Shown here: piece by piece, positions 1-13,400 of the stretch
Position numbering within the stretch: position 1 is the first letter of the stretch
Layout: the number at the start of each line of letters is the position of its first letter
Assembly: GCA_964016885.1 (NCBI GenBank)
Contig: OZ024740.1
Span: 208,134,001-208,198,000 of the forward strand
Origin: Eledone cirrhosa
Lineage: Eukaryota
Reading direction: 5' to 3'
Length of the DNA: 64,000 nt
Translations under genes and position numbers: made by a program
Notes under the pieces: generated by a model
Seen by the model: only the letters and a program-made list of their open reading frames with translations
Databases searched by the model: none
What the model was told of the DNA's origin: nothing

Positions 1-573
1 GTCCATTTGGGATCGAGTAGCAGTCTTTGGCGATAGATTAGTGAGATTGTTAGAGAATCGGACGAGATGTTTAGCGATGTGTGTTCAGGCACTTTGCGTT
101 CTGATTATGACAGTTGTGATGGATGGAGAAGTATTGTGGTCACCTGCTACTGCTTGATGAACCAATACGTTACAGGACAAAACATAAAGACAAACATGAA
201 CATGCACACTTACACAATATATATATATATATACACACACACTCACATACAACACAAACCATGTTTTACTTATATATACTAACAAACACACACATACATG
301 TATACACACGCGCGCACAAACAATCCCACAGACAACCATATACACACATACACAATATATATATACCTGTCAATTTTTCGTTGTTGTAATATTAATGTGA
401 CAACATGCCTCTAATCGCATTGTTCATGGTGTCACTATTACCTAACTTCTTGTGTTCACTCTGAGGAGAAATTTATTAATTACTTTATTATTGAGTGCTT
501 TGTAACAGTCTTCGAAGATCGGGCGCTAATCTGCTACTTGCAGCTGCAACTTCGATTATATTCATTACTATTA

Positions 574-599
574 TCTATATATATAAAACTGAGGATGTC

Positions 600-634
<35 letters not shown>

Positions 635-1233
635 GTTTGAATCCCTAAAACTCGAGAAGTACCCAACCGATTTTATCAAACTTTACATGTGTATTACTTA
701 AGTTTCAGGGAGAGTTATCCACATTAAAAAATTCAACTTTTTGATCGCCTAGGGCCCGCATTATGTGAAAAACTGCGTTTTTTTTCCATTTTTTATGTGT
801 TTTGGGGGGCGTTACGTCAGACCGATTTCTTTGAAATTGTAACTATGTATTAGTCAGTGTCTTCTTCAAACCGTGAGCAAAGAAAATCCAAGTTTTTTAT
901 GGCCTAGGGCCCGCAGTAGGTGGAAAAAATTCATTTTTTCAGCTTTTTAGGGCTTTTTTAGGCGTTACGTCTAGCAGATTTTCCTGATATTTCAAGGCAT
1001 ATTATGCACATAAAAAAGATTCATTTTCTTGATCCCCTAGAGCCCGCATTAGGTGAAAACCTGCATTTTTCCTGCTTCATCGAGGAAAATCTTAAAGATT
1101 ATCCAGCCATCAGAGTATTCGATTTATTTTCTTTACATATTGTCCAGGCATACAGTTTTCCCACGATTAGGTCTGTTGGCGGCCCGCGTTCCAAAAATAC
1201 CTTATCCCGTGCAACACCGGGTACCACTACTAG
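574..1233 (+). mobile_element. Non-autonomous Helitron-like element with internal ~130-bp subrepeats
   Basis: Starts TC after an A and ends with a hairpin (CCCGTGCAACACCGGG) then CTAG before a T. Internal CTAG(G/A)GCCCGCA..TGAAAA repeats; reverse copy at 39715-40346. Confidence 0.75.
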
Positions 1234-1264
<31 letters not shown>

Positions 1265-1265
<1 letters not shown>

Positions 1266-1395
1266 GCAAAGAGGGTGTGATAAGACGCCAGGTAAACTAT
1301 AACGCGCCAGAGTACTCAATACTTAGTGTAGTAGAGAGGGTAATAGAAAAAGAGTCAGGACCACAATATATGATTTCTTACCACACCCTCTTTGT

Positions 1396-1397
<2 letters not shown>
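1265..1397. mobile_element. Short inverted-end mini-element between (TA)n tracts (pLTR-like family also at 13400 and 35570)
   Basis: CAAAGAGGGTGTGATAAGA at the left is the near reverse complement of TCTTACCACACCCTCTTTG at the right. Shares ATAACGC.CCAGAGTACTCAATACTTAG with 35594-35620. Confidence 0.55.
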
Positions 1398-1426
<29 letters not shown>

Positions 1427-1681
1427 TAATCTTGCAGTTTCTCCCCTTATATCCAAATACGTAATAGTATTGTGATGTGATGTGAATTTACTTCCTATAA
1501 AATGTAATTTCCAGAAATATTCCTAAGTATATTTTGTTAATGTAAGTAGAAATATTCCAATATACAAACATATATGTATATATGTATATATTCATTTTTG
1601 ACGTTCGATTATATACTTACATATCTACATATCTTTCTATCTATCTATCTATTTATCTATCTATCTATATCTATCTATCTA

Positions 1682-1714
<33 letters not shown>

Positions 1715-1937
1715 CTCTACGATGGACACATGTGCTGAGCTCGCTCGGTAAGTTTTTGTTTAAATTCATACGGAAATTGTAAACTGTAAACTTTCATTTT
1801 TGTACCATTTTGTAGAGGGACTGCCAGGTCAAATTTTGATCTGGTCGGTCTCTCAAAATATTCTGCGCCTTTGGGCGAAATAGTATTGTGAACATTTTAT
1901 CTTTCGAAAAACTTCGAAAAACCCTATTTTGAGAAAA

Positions 1938-2114
1938 ATGGCTGAAGCATCTTCACCATCAATCAAAGAAGGAAAGGGGAAGTCATACTCACAGCTTCCC
2001 CCTGCCACTGTCACAGCAGCAGATGCCAAAGGCAGAGGTCAGAGAGAGGAAGAATTGTCTTCACCTGTTGACCGACCACTAGATGTAGCCACAACTACAC
2101 AAGAATTTGAAAAC

Positions 2115-2145
<31 letters not shown>

Positions 2146-3793
2146 GCAACAATACAGACAACAAAAACAACAACAACACAAACGTCACAAGTATCCACAC
2201 ACGAAACGAGAAAGACAACAACAACAACAAAGATGAAAACAACTCAAACGACGAGAAACAAAACAATACTAATATCCAAAACGAAAACAAAATATCTTTT
2301 GCACAAACGGCTAAATTATCAGTCGCTTATGTGCTGGAAGATATTTCAAAAGCAAAAGAAATGCTGGAAAAAGCCAAGAAATATGTGTCTTTTGGCGAAA
2401 ACGGATCGTTTTCTATACATTCACCTCCGGAGCTAAAAAGACAGACGGAATTACGAACTGTCGTATTCCGAACAATTTTAAATAAAACAAAGAAACCAGC
2501 GCAACCATCTCAAGCGGAAACTCAGTTAGTCTTGAAAGACGCGATGAGAGACATCACTTTCATACAAAAGGATAAACTCTATGGGAGTTTATCCATATTG
2601 ATGAAAGACGAATTGGCGGCAAAAAAATACTCTGTGTCGCCAATTCGGTCCACACACTACACCTTCTTCCCCACCTACATGGGTAAAAAAACCCAGAGGA
2701 TATGGATAACCACCATCACCCCAAACATAAACTACTGGTGGTTACTAACCGGTTTCCTCAATTTAGACGAGGACAACCTCATCTCAATAGGGAAGGCATC
2801 CGGCGACGCGTTCAGTGGAACGAGCCTCGAAGTTCTGACCCAAATAAGGCCAGAACGCATCGCCCAAATCCCTGAGCGCGTCATGCTGGATGACCGTACC
2901 CACCTCAACATTATTGTGGAGGGTAGGCGTCCCTCCTGTTACCTCTGTGGCAATAGAGGTCACCTGAGGGCTGCCTGTCCCCAGCTCACACAGAAAAAAA
3001 CACTGCTACCAACACCAATACCACCCCAACTACAACAACAAAAACAACCACAACAACAACAAAAACCAACAACCCCACCACCACCACCACAACAACAACA
3101 ACAACAAACACGTTAAAAAATAACACAGAATACTGTCCCACCCAATCCCTCCCCACCCAAAACAAATACAAAAACACGCACACCGCAAACACTACCAGAA
3201 AACATACCCCTCCCACCCAACAAGGAAGACGAACCTCTTTCGTCGCAAGACGAAAAAGATCCCTTCCAACAAGTAAAAAGAAAGAAGAGGAGACGCACCA
3301 CAGACACACATGTTAACTTTAACCCCCCCCCCCCCAAGAGAACACAAACTACACACAAACCACCCCTCCCTGTCACACAACACTAACTGCTACACAAAAA
3401 AAGACCTTACAATACACATACATGAACACAGACAACAAAGAATTACGGAAAACAATTTCAGCAAACCCTTCGGTCCAAACTGAAGGGCCAAACTTTATAA
3501 CTGCTGTGGGACTACCTCATTTGAAAATGATAAAAGTCCCAATGCACTTGTACAAAACACTGAAAATAAATTTCACGGAGGACGTGGGCCCCCCCTGCGC
3601 CAAACCAATCAACCGCGTCCTCCTAAAAAATTTCACCCCCCCACCCCACCCAGACACCCACTCAACGACAAACACCCCAACCCCACAACACACCGATGCC
3701 CCTTCACTTCCACAAACCACCACCCCACCCAACAACCCATCCCCAACCAGCATGGAAATTGAGCGGCCCGTTTCCCGGGACGCAGAGAGGTAA
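1938..3793 (+). pseudogene. LINE ORF1 (gag-like, zinc knuckle), disrupted by a stop at 3114 and a frameshift near the poly-C run at ~3323-3335
   Basis: MAEASS... with CYLCGNRGHLRAAC (CX2CX4HX4C). The same frame continues past TAA 3114 (DPFQQVKRKKRR); the C-terminal part 3422-3793 is in another frame and is homologous to the end of copy B ORF1. Confidence 0.8.
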
Positions 3794-3817
3794 GTGCCTT
3801 TTCTCTTTACCACCAAC

Positions 3818-6800
3818 ATGGCTATGCTAAGAGTAGGGTGTCTAAATGCGCGTGGCCTGGGCTCGTCTTGGAAGCAAGCAATGCTTCTAAATGACCTCAG
3901 GTCACAATCTATAAATGTGATGGTTATCTGCGAGGCCCGGATCAGCAGCATGCGACAGCTAGCCCCCACCTTTGACGACTTTGAGATGCACGCATCTCTC
4001 TGTCAGCCCGGAGGTGGGGGTGGGGTTGTCGTTCTGCTGCAAAAACATATGGGCCTTGCAACACAGATAGTTCACTTGGACCCAGGGGGTCGACTGGTGG
4101 TGCTGGACCTTGGCAGTGGTGAAGGTGGAGCCCTTAGGCTGATAGCCGCATATGCCCCTTTTGGGACAGAGCGGCCCGACTTTTTCCAGCGTCTGGAGTC
4201 TTTTCTAGGGACGTCCCGTTCCCTGCTTTTAGTGGGGGATTGGAATGGTATCCTGGATGCACGTTGGGACTATGCAGGGGCATGTCCCGATAGAGAGGGG
4301 TGCAACAGCCTCAAGGGGTTACTCGGCCGATTTGACCTGGCCGATAGATTTCGACTAGATTTTCCGACGGTGCCAACCTGGTCTTGGTCAAATCGCAGCG
4401 GAACATCTAGATCGTACCTAGATAGATTTTTAGTTAGAAATAAGGACAGGGACTTTTTAAGTTGTCCAGAAATGCTCATGGTTGGCTATTCAGACCACAA
4501 GTTGGTGACCTGCATGGTCAACCTTGATAGAACGCATAGACAGGGCCCCGGTTACTGGAAGCTCAACTTGTCCTTGCCGGCAAGTAGAGCCTACAGGAAT
4601 CGGATTAGTACGTTAGTTAAGGAACGGTTGACTGGAGCGATCGTCAACAGCAGGTGGTGGGTATCTCTAAAGAGAGAGATTAGAGTAGTCTCGATTAAAT
4701 TTAGTAAGGTTCTAGCTGCGGATAGGAATAGGAAGGAAAGGGAGCTAATAGATAGAGTAGAAGAAGCAATTAGAAGCGGCGACGTGGCCAGAGTGCTAGC
4801 GTCGAGAACGGCTTTGAGCCAGTTTTTCGACGCGAAGCACGAAGGTTGCGTTGTCCGAAGTAAAATACGTGCTCTAGGGAACGAGGGGGCCAAAGCTGTT
4901 AGCTGGGCCCGCGTGACAGAGGCCAACAGTGGAACTAAATCCACCATCCGGTCTTTGCGAGACCTGGATGGACGGGCGATTCTTGAGCCTAAGCAGATGT
5001 GTGAGGCCTTTCAAAGGCACTTTGCCCGACTGTTCGGGAGGGGCGGGGAGCCGGTTGGAAACGTGGACTTCGGTCCATACCTCGACGGCCTGCCGCGCCT
5101 CTCGGACAGGGAGGCGAAGTCTTGCGAGGAGCCGATTTCGGCCGCTGAGATAGAGGACGTGCTGGGCCAATGCGGCAAACGCAAATCCCCGGGTCTCGAT
5201 GGTCTTCCTTACGAATTATATCTAGCTATGCCGGACTTGTTCCCCGATCTCCTCGAGGCGGTCTACTGCAACTGGCAACAGAACGGGAGAATTCCCTGTA
5301 CTGTGACCAAGGGCGTAGTCACGCTAGTGAGGAAGGACGAGAACAAGGGGGACGAAATAAGTAACTTCAGGCCCATAACTCTGCTAAATACAGAGTTACA
5401 GATTTTGGCCAAGGTGCTAGCAAAGAGGTTGGCGCTTGTCGTGGACAACCTGGTGGGAGATGCGCAGACATGCGCTATCCCGTCCAGGTCCATCCATGAC
5501 AACCTCCACCTCATGCGATACATCATAGAGAGGGTTGGGAACGAACCCGGCTTTGGTGGGGCTCTGATCAACTTGGATCAATCTAAGGCGTTCGATAGGG
5601 TCGACCATGGTTACCTGGATGCGGTGCTAGCGGCGGCAGGCTTCGGACCCGTTTTCAGGGGCTGGATCACTGCTATGCACAGCAGCCGCATCTGCTCTAG
5701 GGTCAAGGTGAACGGCTACCTCTCGGAGCCGTTCAAAATCGCGCGGTCCATCCGACAAGGGTGCCCTCTCTCCTCCCTTCTGTATGTGTTGACTCTCGAG
5801 CCACTACTGCGGAAGTTGGAGTTGTTGCAGGGCATCCCTTTGGAACCGGGATTGCGGAAAGCGGTGTCAGCCTACGCCGATGATGTGACAGTAATGGTGT
5901 CGACGGCCTCCGAAATCGAGGCGGTCGGCACCTTACTGGAGGAGTACGAAAAGTTCACAGGGGCTAAGCTGAACCGGGACAAGTCGATCGGTTTGCAACT
6001 CGGCACGTGGAGGGGCAGACCGATGCCCTCCGATGGCGTCGTCGGACGCTGGACGGAGGGCCCGGTGAAGTTGCTCGGGGTCTGGTTCGGACCGGACCTC
6101 CAGGTGGAGAAAAACTGGGCGGAGGTTACGAACAGGGTGTTTGCACTGACCCAGAAGTGGGCCAGTTGCAAACTATCCCTGAAAGGTCGGGCGGAGGTGG
6201 CGAACACTTATATAGCGTCCGTCATCTACTACCGCCTGACCGTAGTGCCCTGCCCAAGGGAAACCCTCACCAAGATGGAGCGCGCGCTCTTCCAATTCCT
6301 TTGGAAGGGGCGGGCTCCTATGGTGAGGAGATCCATCTGCTGTCAACACCCTTCGAAAGGAGGGCTGGGGAAGCCGTTGCTAATGATGCGTAAACACGCA
6401 TTAAGGCTACGGCACCTCTACGTATTCCTCACCGGACAACCGGTGTGGGCCTCGTTTGTGAGACGAACCTTTCCCAGACTCGTCTCACTCACCGAACTGC
6501 AATCCTGGGTCAAGCAAAGACCGAGAAAACTGGGCGCCTGGCACACTGAGTGTGCCCAGGCGCTCACCGCCCTCTGGCAGGCGGATCCGGTTATCAGTGG
6601 AGACTCCACCGCAACATTCTATAGAGGGCTGGTACGCAGCAGGTGCGACGACGCCCTCGGAGAAGCCCTAGACATGGAGGAGGACGAACTGGCCAGCCTG
6701 TTCGGTAGGACATTCAGCCCGGGACCTATGGACAACTTCCAGAAGTCCCTGGCCTGGCAGTGCTACCGAGGGACTTTACCCGTTCGAGAAAGGCTCTACA

Positions 6801-7255
6801 GACACGGGCGCCCGGGTAGGGACCCCGCCAAAAAGATCTGTCCCAGATGCGTGTGCGACGAGGAAACCGTTGCACACGCATTGGTACACTGCTCGGGCGT
6901 AGCCGATCTGTGGGGCTATGTCGAACAACTGCTGTCAAGGGTGGGACCGATCCGGTTGACCACCGAGTCTATTGTAATGATCAAGCCGCCTCCCCCCTTC
7001 AAAGATGAAGCAGAGGCGGTGTTTCTGTGCGTAATAGCCATGGCGAAAGAGGTTGTATGGTGGACGCGTCTGAAAGGACTGAGGTCAGGCACCTTTCTCT
7101 CTGGCCAACAACTGGTCCGTTTCTTCCGATATCATTTCGGAAGAAGGATCAGGATGGAGAGAGAGGTGCTGCACCCCAGTCGTTTTTATGAAAGGTGGGT
7201 GAAAGTGGCGAGAATGGCCCGTGTGAATGGGCCTTCTCTTTACATAAGCCTGTAG
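3818..7255 (+). CDS. LINE ORF2: AP endonuclease + reverse transcriptase + C-terminal Cys/His motif (Tx1-like), uninterrupted
   Basis: APE motifs NARGL, GDWN, YLDRF, SDH. RT motifs KSPGLDG, FRPITLLN, DQSKAFDRV, RQGCPLS, YADD. C-terminal CPRC..ETVAHALVHC. ATG in CAACATGG at 3818. Confidence 0.95.
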   Translation: MAMLRVGCLNARGLGSSWKQAMLLNDLRSQSINVMVICEARISSMRQLAPTFDDFEMHASLCQPGGGGGVVVLLQKHMGLATQIVHLDPGGRLVVLDLGSGEGGALRLIAAYAPFGTERPDFFQRLESFLGTSRSLLLVGDWNGILDARWDYAGACPDREGCNSLKGLLGRFDLADRFRLDFPTVPTWSWSNRSGTSRSYLDRFLVRNKDRDFLSCPEMLMVGYSDHKLVTCMVNLDRTHRQGPGYWKLNLSLPASRAYRNRISTLVKERLTGAIVNSRWWVSLKREIRVVSIKFSKVLAADRNRKERELIDRVEEAIRSGDVARVLASRTALSQFFDAKHEGCVVRSKIRALGNEGAKAVSWARVTEANSGTKSTIRSLRDLDGRAILEPKQMCEAFQRHFARLFGRGGEPVGNVDFGPYLDGLPRLSDREAKSCEEPISAAEIEDVLGQCGKRKSPGLDGLPYELYLAMPDLFPDLLEAVYCNWQQNGRIPCTVTKGVVTLVRKDENKGDEISNFRPITLLNTELQILAKVLAKRLALVVDNLVGDAQTCAIPSRSIHDNLHLMRYIIERVGNEPGFGGALINLDQSKAFDRVDHGYLDAVLAAAGFGPVFRGWITAMHSSRICSRVKVNGYLSEPFKIARSIRQGCPLSSLLYVLTLEPLLRKLELLQGIPLEPGLRKAVSAYADDVTVMVSTASEIEAVGTLLEEYEKFTGAKLNRDKSIGLQLGTWRGRPMPSDGVVGRWTEGPVKLLGVWFGPDLQVEKNWAEVTNRVFALTQKWASCKLSLKGRAEVANTYIASVIYYRLTVVPCPRETLTKMERALFQFLWKGRAPMVRRSICCQHPSKGGLGKPLLMMRKHALRLRHLYVFLTGQPVWASFVRRTFPRLVSLTELQSWVKQRPRKLGAWHTECAQALTALWQADPVISGDSTATFYRGLVRSRCDDALGEALDMEEDELASLFGRTFSPGPMDNFQKSLAWQCYRGTLPVRERLYRHGRPGRDPAKKICPRCVCDEETVAHALVHCSGVADLWGYVEQLLSRVGPIRLTTESIVMIKPPPPFKDEAEAVFLCVIAMAKEVVWWTRLKGLRSGTFLSGQQLVRFFRYHFGRRIRMEREVLHPSRFYERWVKVARMARVNGPSLYISL

Positions 7256-7804
7256 GTGGAAGGGAGGAAGGAACGAGGGAGCACCCCCTCTCTGTGCTCC
7301 TGAGGAAAAGGGTTGCACACTTTTTTCGGGGGTGTGTGCGACCCCCCAAGGCGCCTCCTCTCTATTGAGGATTTTGTTAAAAATTTTATTTTTTGTTATA
7401 TCTTATTTTATTTTTATATTTTGTTATTGCCTCCTCCTTATTGAGGACGCCTTTTTGTGTAAACTCCCCCCTTTGTACTTGTCCCACTTTTGATGCCCTA
7501 GTGGCAAATAAAAGAAACTTATCTATTTATGCGTGTCGGTGTGAGTGAGCGTGCGCGCATGTATGTGTGTCTGTGTGTTTCTGTGTGCAAAGACAACTAG
7601 AAATTTGAGTCAGAATAGGTTTGTAGTTCTCTATACCCGTATACAATGAAAAACGAGGTATAATGGATTGTTATATAAATAATAAAATAACATTTTAATG
7701 CTGTTTATTCTCAGCCATATATTTATGTATGTGTGTTTGTATATATATATATATATTATATGTGTGTGCGCGTGCACGCACGTGTATGTGTGTGTGTGTG
7801 TGTT

Positions 7805-7842
<38 letters not shown>

Positions 7843-8010
7843 TGTTTGCCTGTGTAAGTATGTGTCTGTATATATATGTGTAAGAGTGTGTGCCATCGCA
7901 ATGTTTATTTATGAGTGCGTATTTATATGTAAACATAAATACAAATAATATTTCTAAATGTATTTGTCGAACTACGTATTATTGAATAAATTCTTTTTAA
8001 TAATTCTTTT

Positions 8011-8191
<181 letters not shown>

Positions 8192-8245
8192 ATATATATA
8201 CATGTGTATATATGTGTATATATGTGTATATATGTATATATATAT

Positions 8246-8289
<44 letters not shown>

Positions 8290-8340
8290 GCACATATATA
8301 TATGTGTATATATATATATATATTCATATATATATATATA

Positions 8341-8379
<39 letters not shown>

Positions 8380-8411
8380 CATTACATTATATTATTTATT
8401 TATCTTCAAGG

Positions 8412-8603
8412 GGCGGTGGATTGGCAGTATCGGTAGAGGGTAGGACGCCATGCTTTGACGCATAGAGTTACGGCCCTTGCCATTCTGAGTTCAAATCCCG
8501 CCAAGGTTAACTTTGCCTTTCATCCTTACGGGGTCAATAAAATAAAGTACCAGTAATGCACTGGATGATTGCTGGCTTTGTGCCTAACGTAGAAACAATT
8601 ATT
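8412..8603 (+). mobile_element. tRNA-derived SINE with TSD ATTATTTATTTATCTTCA
   Basis: A-box-like TGGCAGTATCGG, B-box GAGTTCAAATCC, conserved core GCCTTTCATCCTTACGGGGTC.ATAAAAT (MetaSINE-like, from memory), and a flanking direct repeat. Confidence 0.88.
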
Positions 8604-9039
8604 TATTTATCTTCATATACAGAAGAAATTGATACGTAATGTTTCAAGCCATCCACCATGTCTCCTTAATTTAAGAGGGGTCATTATTGTGACCTAATCT
8701 CCAGGTGCTAGTAAGGATTTATAAGATATAGTTAAAAGTAATGCGCGCTAAAAACGAAACGTGTACGAAAAAACGTATTATAACAAAGGGAAATAACTCC
8801 AAGATGTAAATTTAAAATAGTGAAATCGTAAACGTGTTAGTGTTCGTAAGCCACAGCAGATGTACGGTATTATGTGGGGGTATGTAATATGGAGATTGTA
8901 ATATTTAAGTATGGATTAGAGTAGTATAGAAGGTGGTCTGTATTATGTAAGTGTGGAAAAAGAAAGAGAAATATATTACGAAAGTATATAAATCAAATTA
9001 AGGTGATTGAAAATCAGTCGAATTTGTTCAGTATTTCCA

Positions 9040-9960
9040 CATAGCAAGCAGTTGACTTTAGAGATGGAGTCATCCTCTAAAATTTCGATCTTTGTGCTCA
9101 AATAATTATTGTTGCCGGATGACAAACCTTGTAATATTCTCAATTTCTCACTGAGACAGAGACGACATCGCTTAGTACCATTGGTATAAAGAGTGGATTA
9201 TTCAAGTATCTTCCAAGTAATCTTATGTGGGACTCCTTTCTTCTTTAATTGCCAGAACTGTACTTGTTCTTAGATCAGGGTTGCTGAAGGAATGACTATG
9301 TTGTGTCTAAATATGTGCGGGTGAATTTTCAGTTAGTATTTTAAAAGTTCCCGGTACTCTTTGGCCATTCAGAGTTATCTCAGATTCAGCAATCTATGAA
9401 CCGATGGTGTCAAACTTTGAAATTATCATCTGACTGGGCGGGTGTTTCATTTTTTCTATGGTATATTTTTCATCATATCTTTTTCAACGTGACATGGTGC
9501 TGGCGTAATACAAGCTACTGAGTGTTCATTCATCTGAAAAATTAACTAAAACCCATTGATCTTCAGTCCTTCTTTTTCGGGAGGAGAGCGAATGTCAGTC
9601 GATTCTTTTTTCCTGCCTCATGTTAAACTTGGCGTGCCAGCAGGTTTACAAGATTTCAGCTCGAACAGATCAACTAGCTGGTATGATATAGTCCTACGAA
9701 TGACCTCGGTACGTCTAACAGTGCAGCTCTAGTTTTATATAACTATTTGATTGTTTTTGCATGAACCCACAAGAAAAGAATTTTAATAATACTATCATCT
9801 CTGTGGGCTTTTTGTTGGAGGGCCATTTCTCTCAAGTCAGAATATGAACCGAAAAGCTTGTATTTATAAATAGCTTTCAGGATTGTTGTCTATCTAGAAA
9901 CCAATTTGACAGAGGTCTCATGCTCTGGGTAACTTGTGTCGTATAGAACTACAATTTGAG
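9040..9960 (-). mobile_element. Degenerate Penelope-like fragment (GIY-YIG C-terminus)
   Basis: Minus strand near 9260-9135 reads WQLKKKGVPHKITWKILE*STLYTNGTKRCRLCLSEKLRIL, matching the EN ends of the elements at 44.6 and 61.9 kb. Upstream extent is approximate. Confidence 0.65.
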
Positions 9961-10188
9961 CTCTATCAACATCAGAAAAATAGTTTAACACGAACCCACA
10001 GCCTTTGAAATAGCAACAAAATGTGTAACAAATATTTGAATAATGATGATGATAGAAACGACTCAAACTATTGCAAGATTTTACATAAAAATCAAAATGA
10101 ATGATGTAATATTTTACAACAGATGAAAAATTAAAACTTTTGCTCGGTGGTCTTAAAGTTTAGTCCTGGTTGTATGTGTGTATGTATG

Positions 10189-10225
<37 letters not shown>

Positions 10226-10598
10226 TGTATGTATGTATGTATGTATGTATGTATGTGTGTGTGTGAGAGAGGGACCATTATATATATATAACAGTGAACT
10301 TAATATGTGTGTCATGACTGGATGTATGTCTCTCTCTCTTCATAAATATATATATAGATATATATATATATGTGTGTGTGGTGTGTGTGTGTATATATAT
10401 ATATGTATATATGTATGTATATAAGTATGTGTTCAGTATTCTTCCAACAAAAATCGAAAAGACTGTTACTCAATAAAGAACTCAATTCAGTATAAATGTA
10501 TATAATAATATTAAAGATATCAACAATGGCAATAATAATACTTATATGTATATACATATTTATATTCATGCATATATACATAAATACATATGTACGTA

Positions 10599-10645
<47 letters not shown>

Positions 10646-10690
10646 TCATTCATGTTCATGCATATACATATGTATATAGATATGTATATA

Positions 10691-10791
<101 letters not shown>

Positions 10792-10888
10792 TATATATTA
10801 ATTATATATATATATATATGAATAATGTATATATATATATAAATATATATTAATATATATTAATTATATATATTCATATATATGAATA

Positions 10889-10966
<78 letters not shown>

Positions 10967-11651
10967 CAGAAGCAACTAGAAAAAGTGTAATAAATAATTC
11001 TACTAAATTTTGGTCGAAACAAAGAAATGGCGTATTTTTTCTTCCCCAGAAAATATCCAGACAAGAGACTCAAGTTAAGCAGATTACTTTCAACCTACAG
11101 ACATTCAAAGACTTTATATTGTATTGGTATTGACTTCTCTCTATATATATACCTGTGTATAGATGTGTTGTGTGCCTGTGTAGATGTATGTGTGTGTATA
11201 TGTGTGGGTATATGTATTTATGTGCTGTGTGTGTTGTGTGTGTATGTCTGTTGTGTGTGTATGTGTTTATGTGTATATATGTGTATATGTGTATATGCGT
11301 GTGTATGTGTGTACGTGTGGCATGTGTATATATGTATATATGTGTTTATGCGTGTGCGCATGTGTTGAGTGTGTATATGTGTGTATATGTGTGTATGTGT
11401 GTGTGCTGTGTTGTGTGTGTATATGTGTGCGTATATGTATTTGTGTGTTGCGTGTGGGTATGTGTTGCATATGTATATATGTGTATATGTGTATATGCGT
11501 GTATATGTGTGTATGTGTTGCATGTGTATATGTGTATATATGTGTATATGCGTGTGCATGTGTTGAGTGTGTATATGTGTGTGTGATGTGTTGGTTGTGT
11601 ATGTGTTGGTTGTGTATGTGTGTGTGTGTACTGATGAAGAGGATGATTAAA

Positions 11652-11743
<92 letters not shown>

Positions 11744-11858
11744 TATATATATATATAAATATATAAATATATATGTAAATATATATATATATTTATTTTT
11801 ATAAATAAATATATATATATATATATACATATATATACATATATATATATATATATAC

Positions 11859-11965
<107 letters not shown>

Positions 11966-12751
11966 TATGCGTATATTTATATGTGTATGTAGATGCTAGT
12001 CTGTTTCCATCTGAAATCAGAACAGTGATGGTGTTGGTGGTGTTGGTGATGGAGATGGGGGAATATAATGATGAAGCTGATGATGATGATAATAATAAAG
12101 ACGAGGTTAATATATATATAGGTATGTGTGTGTGTTTGTGTGTACATATGAATTTGTATATGTATATGTGTACATGTGAGTGTGTACATGTGCGTATCTA
12201 TGTGTTTGGTGCATACATGTGTATTTGTATGTATTAACAATAAGAACTGTGATTGCAGATGGAGACATCTCCTGTAGTATGTTTCTTTGGTTTGATTTGA
12301 AAATCATAGGAGATTAGATCTCATATGTATGTGCTATGTCAGTTAACTCTTCCTCAAACACTTTCACTCACTCACTGTTTCTCTCTCTTCTCTTCATTTC
12401 ATCCTGTACACCACGAAGTCTATTTTTCTCTCTCCGCACATAGCCTTCGCTCGTGTCGGGTCTGTTCTAAAAGCGCTCATATATTCACCTAGCTTATGCT
12501 AAACAGAATAATTTTTGAAGCTTGTTTCTTTCCCCTGGTTAGCCATACTCTTTGTTGTTCTCCTGTCTCACTCGCTTTACGCGTTTTAATTGTCCTAATA
12601 ACTTATTTTGGTTATTATTGCACCGACGTGAGGTATATGATTTTTAATGCAATGAAATATCTATGATCGTCGGCAAATCACTGATGAGGGACTCATTTTA
12701 TTACATGTTATCCATGTGCTACCTGCAGTATTTTTCTCTATATTTTATTAC

Positions 12752-13120
<369 letters not shown>

Positions 13121-13289
13121 GGAGTTGCAACCGCTAGATAGTATTAGCAATTGGAAAGATCCATGGAAACATTGTTTCCTCGATCCGACTTGACAAACGT
13201 CGATCGACTGTCGATATATATATATCATGTTTAATGTAGAAATGGCTTTTCTGGGACCAGAACTGTTTCATTCAGAGGAAATTATCACG

Positions 13290-13340
13290 GCTTTTCTGAT
13301 GATTTATTTTGAATGAAACAGTTCTAGTGCTGTAGAAGCT
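13290..13340 (+). ncRNA. Hammerhead ribozyme candidate inside a ~130-bp fold-back (13227-13357)
   Basis: gctttt CTGATGA ttta..gaat GAAA cag-ttctagtg-ctg TA gaagc, giving a GUA cleavage triplet. Stems I and II are imperfect. Confidence 0.55.
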
Positions 13341-13355
13341 ATTTATATATTAAAC

Positions 13356-13400
<45 letters not shown>

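Larger units (their letters stand above)
1716..7518 (+). mobile_element. Full-length Tx1/L1-clade LINE (copy A) adjoining a (TATC)n microsatellite
   Basis: 5' UTR follows a (CTAT)n tract. ORF1 has a CCHC knuckle and ORF2 is APE-RT-Cys. The 3' end AATAAAAGAAAC is followed by TTATCTATTTAT. Confidence 0.93.

Noticed and set aside
3790-3810. Mini-intron fusing ORF1 and ORF2 in LINE copy A
   Set aside because: Only 21 nt and ends in AC rather than AG.
8412-8500. tRNA gene
   Set aside because: A/B boxes belong to a multicopy SINE head with TSDs; no full cloverleaf.
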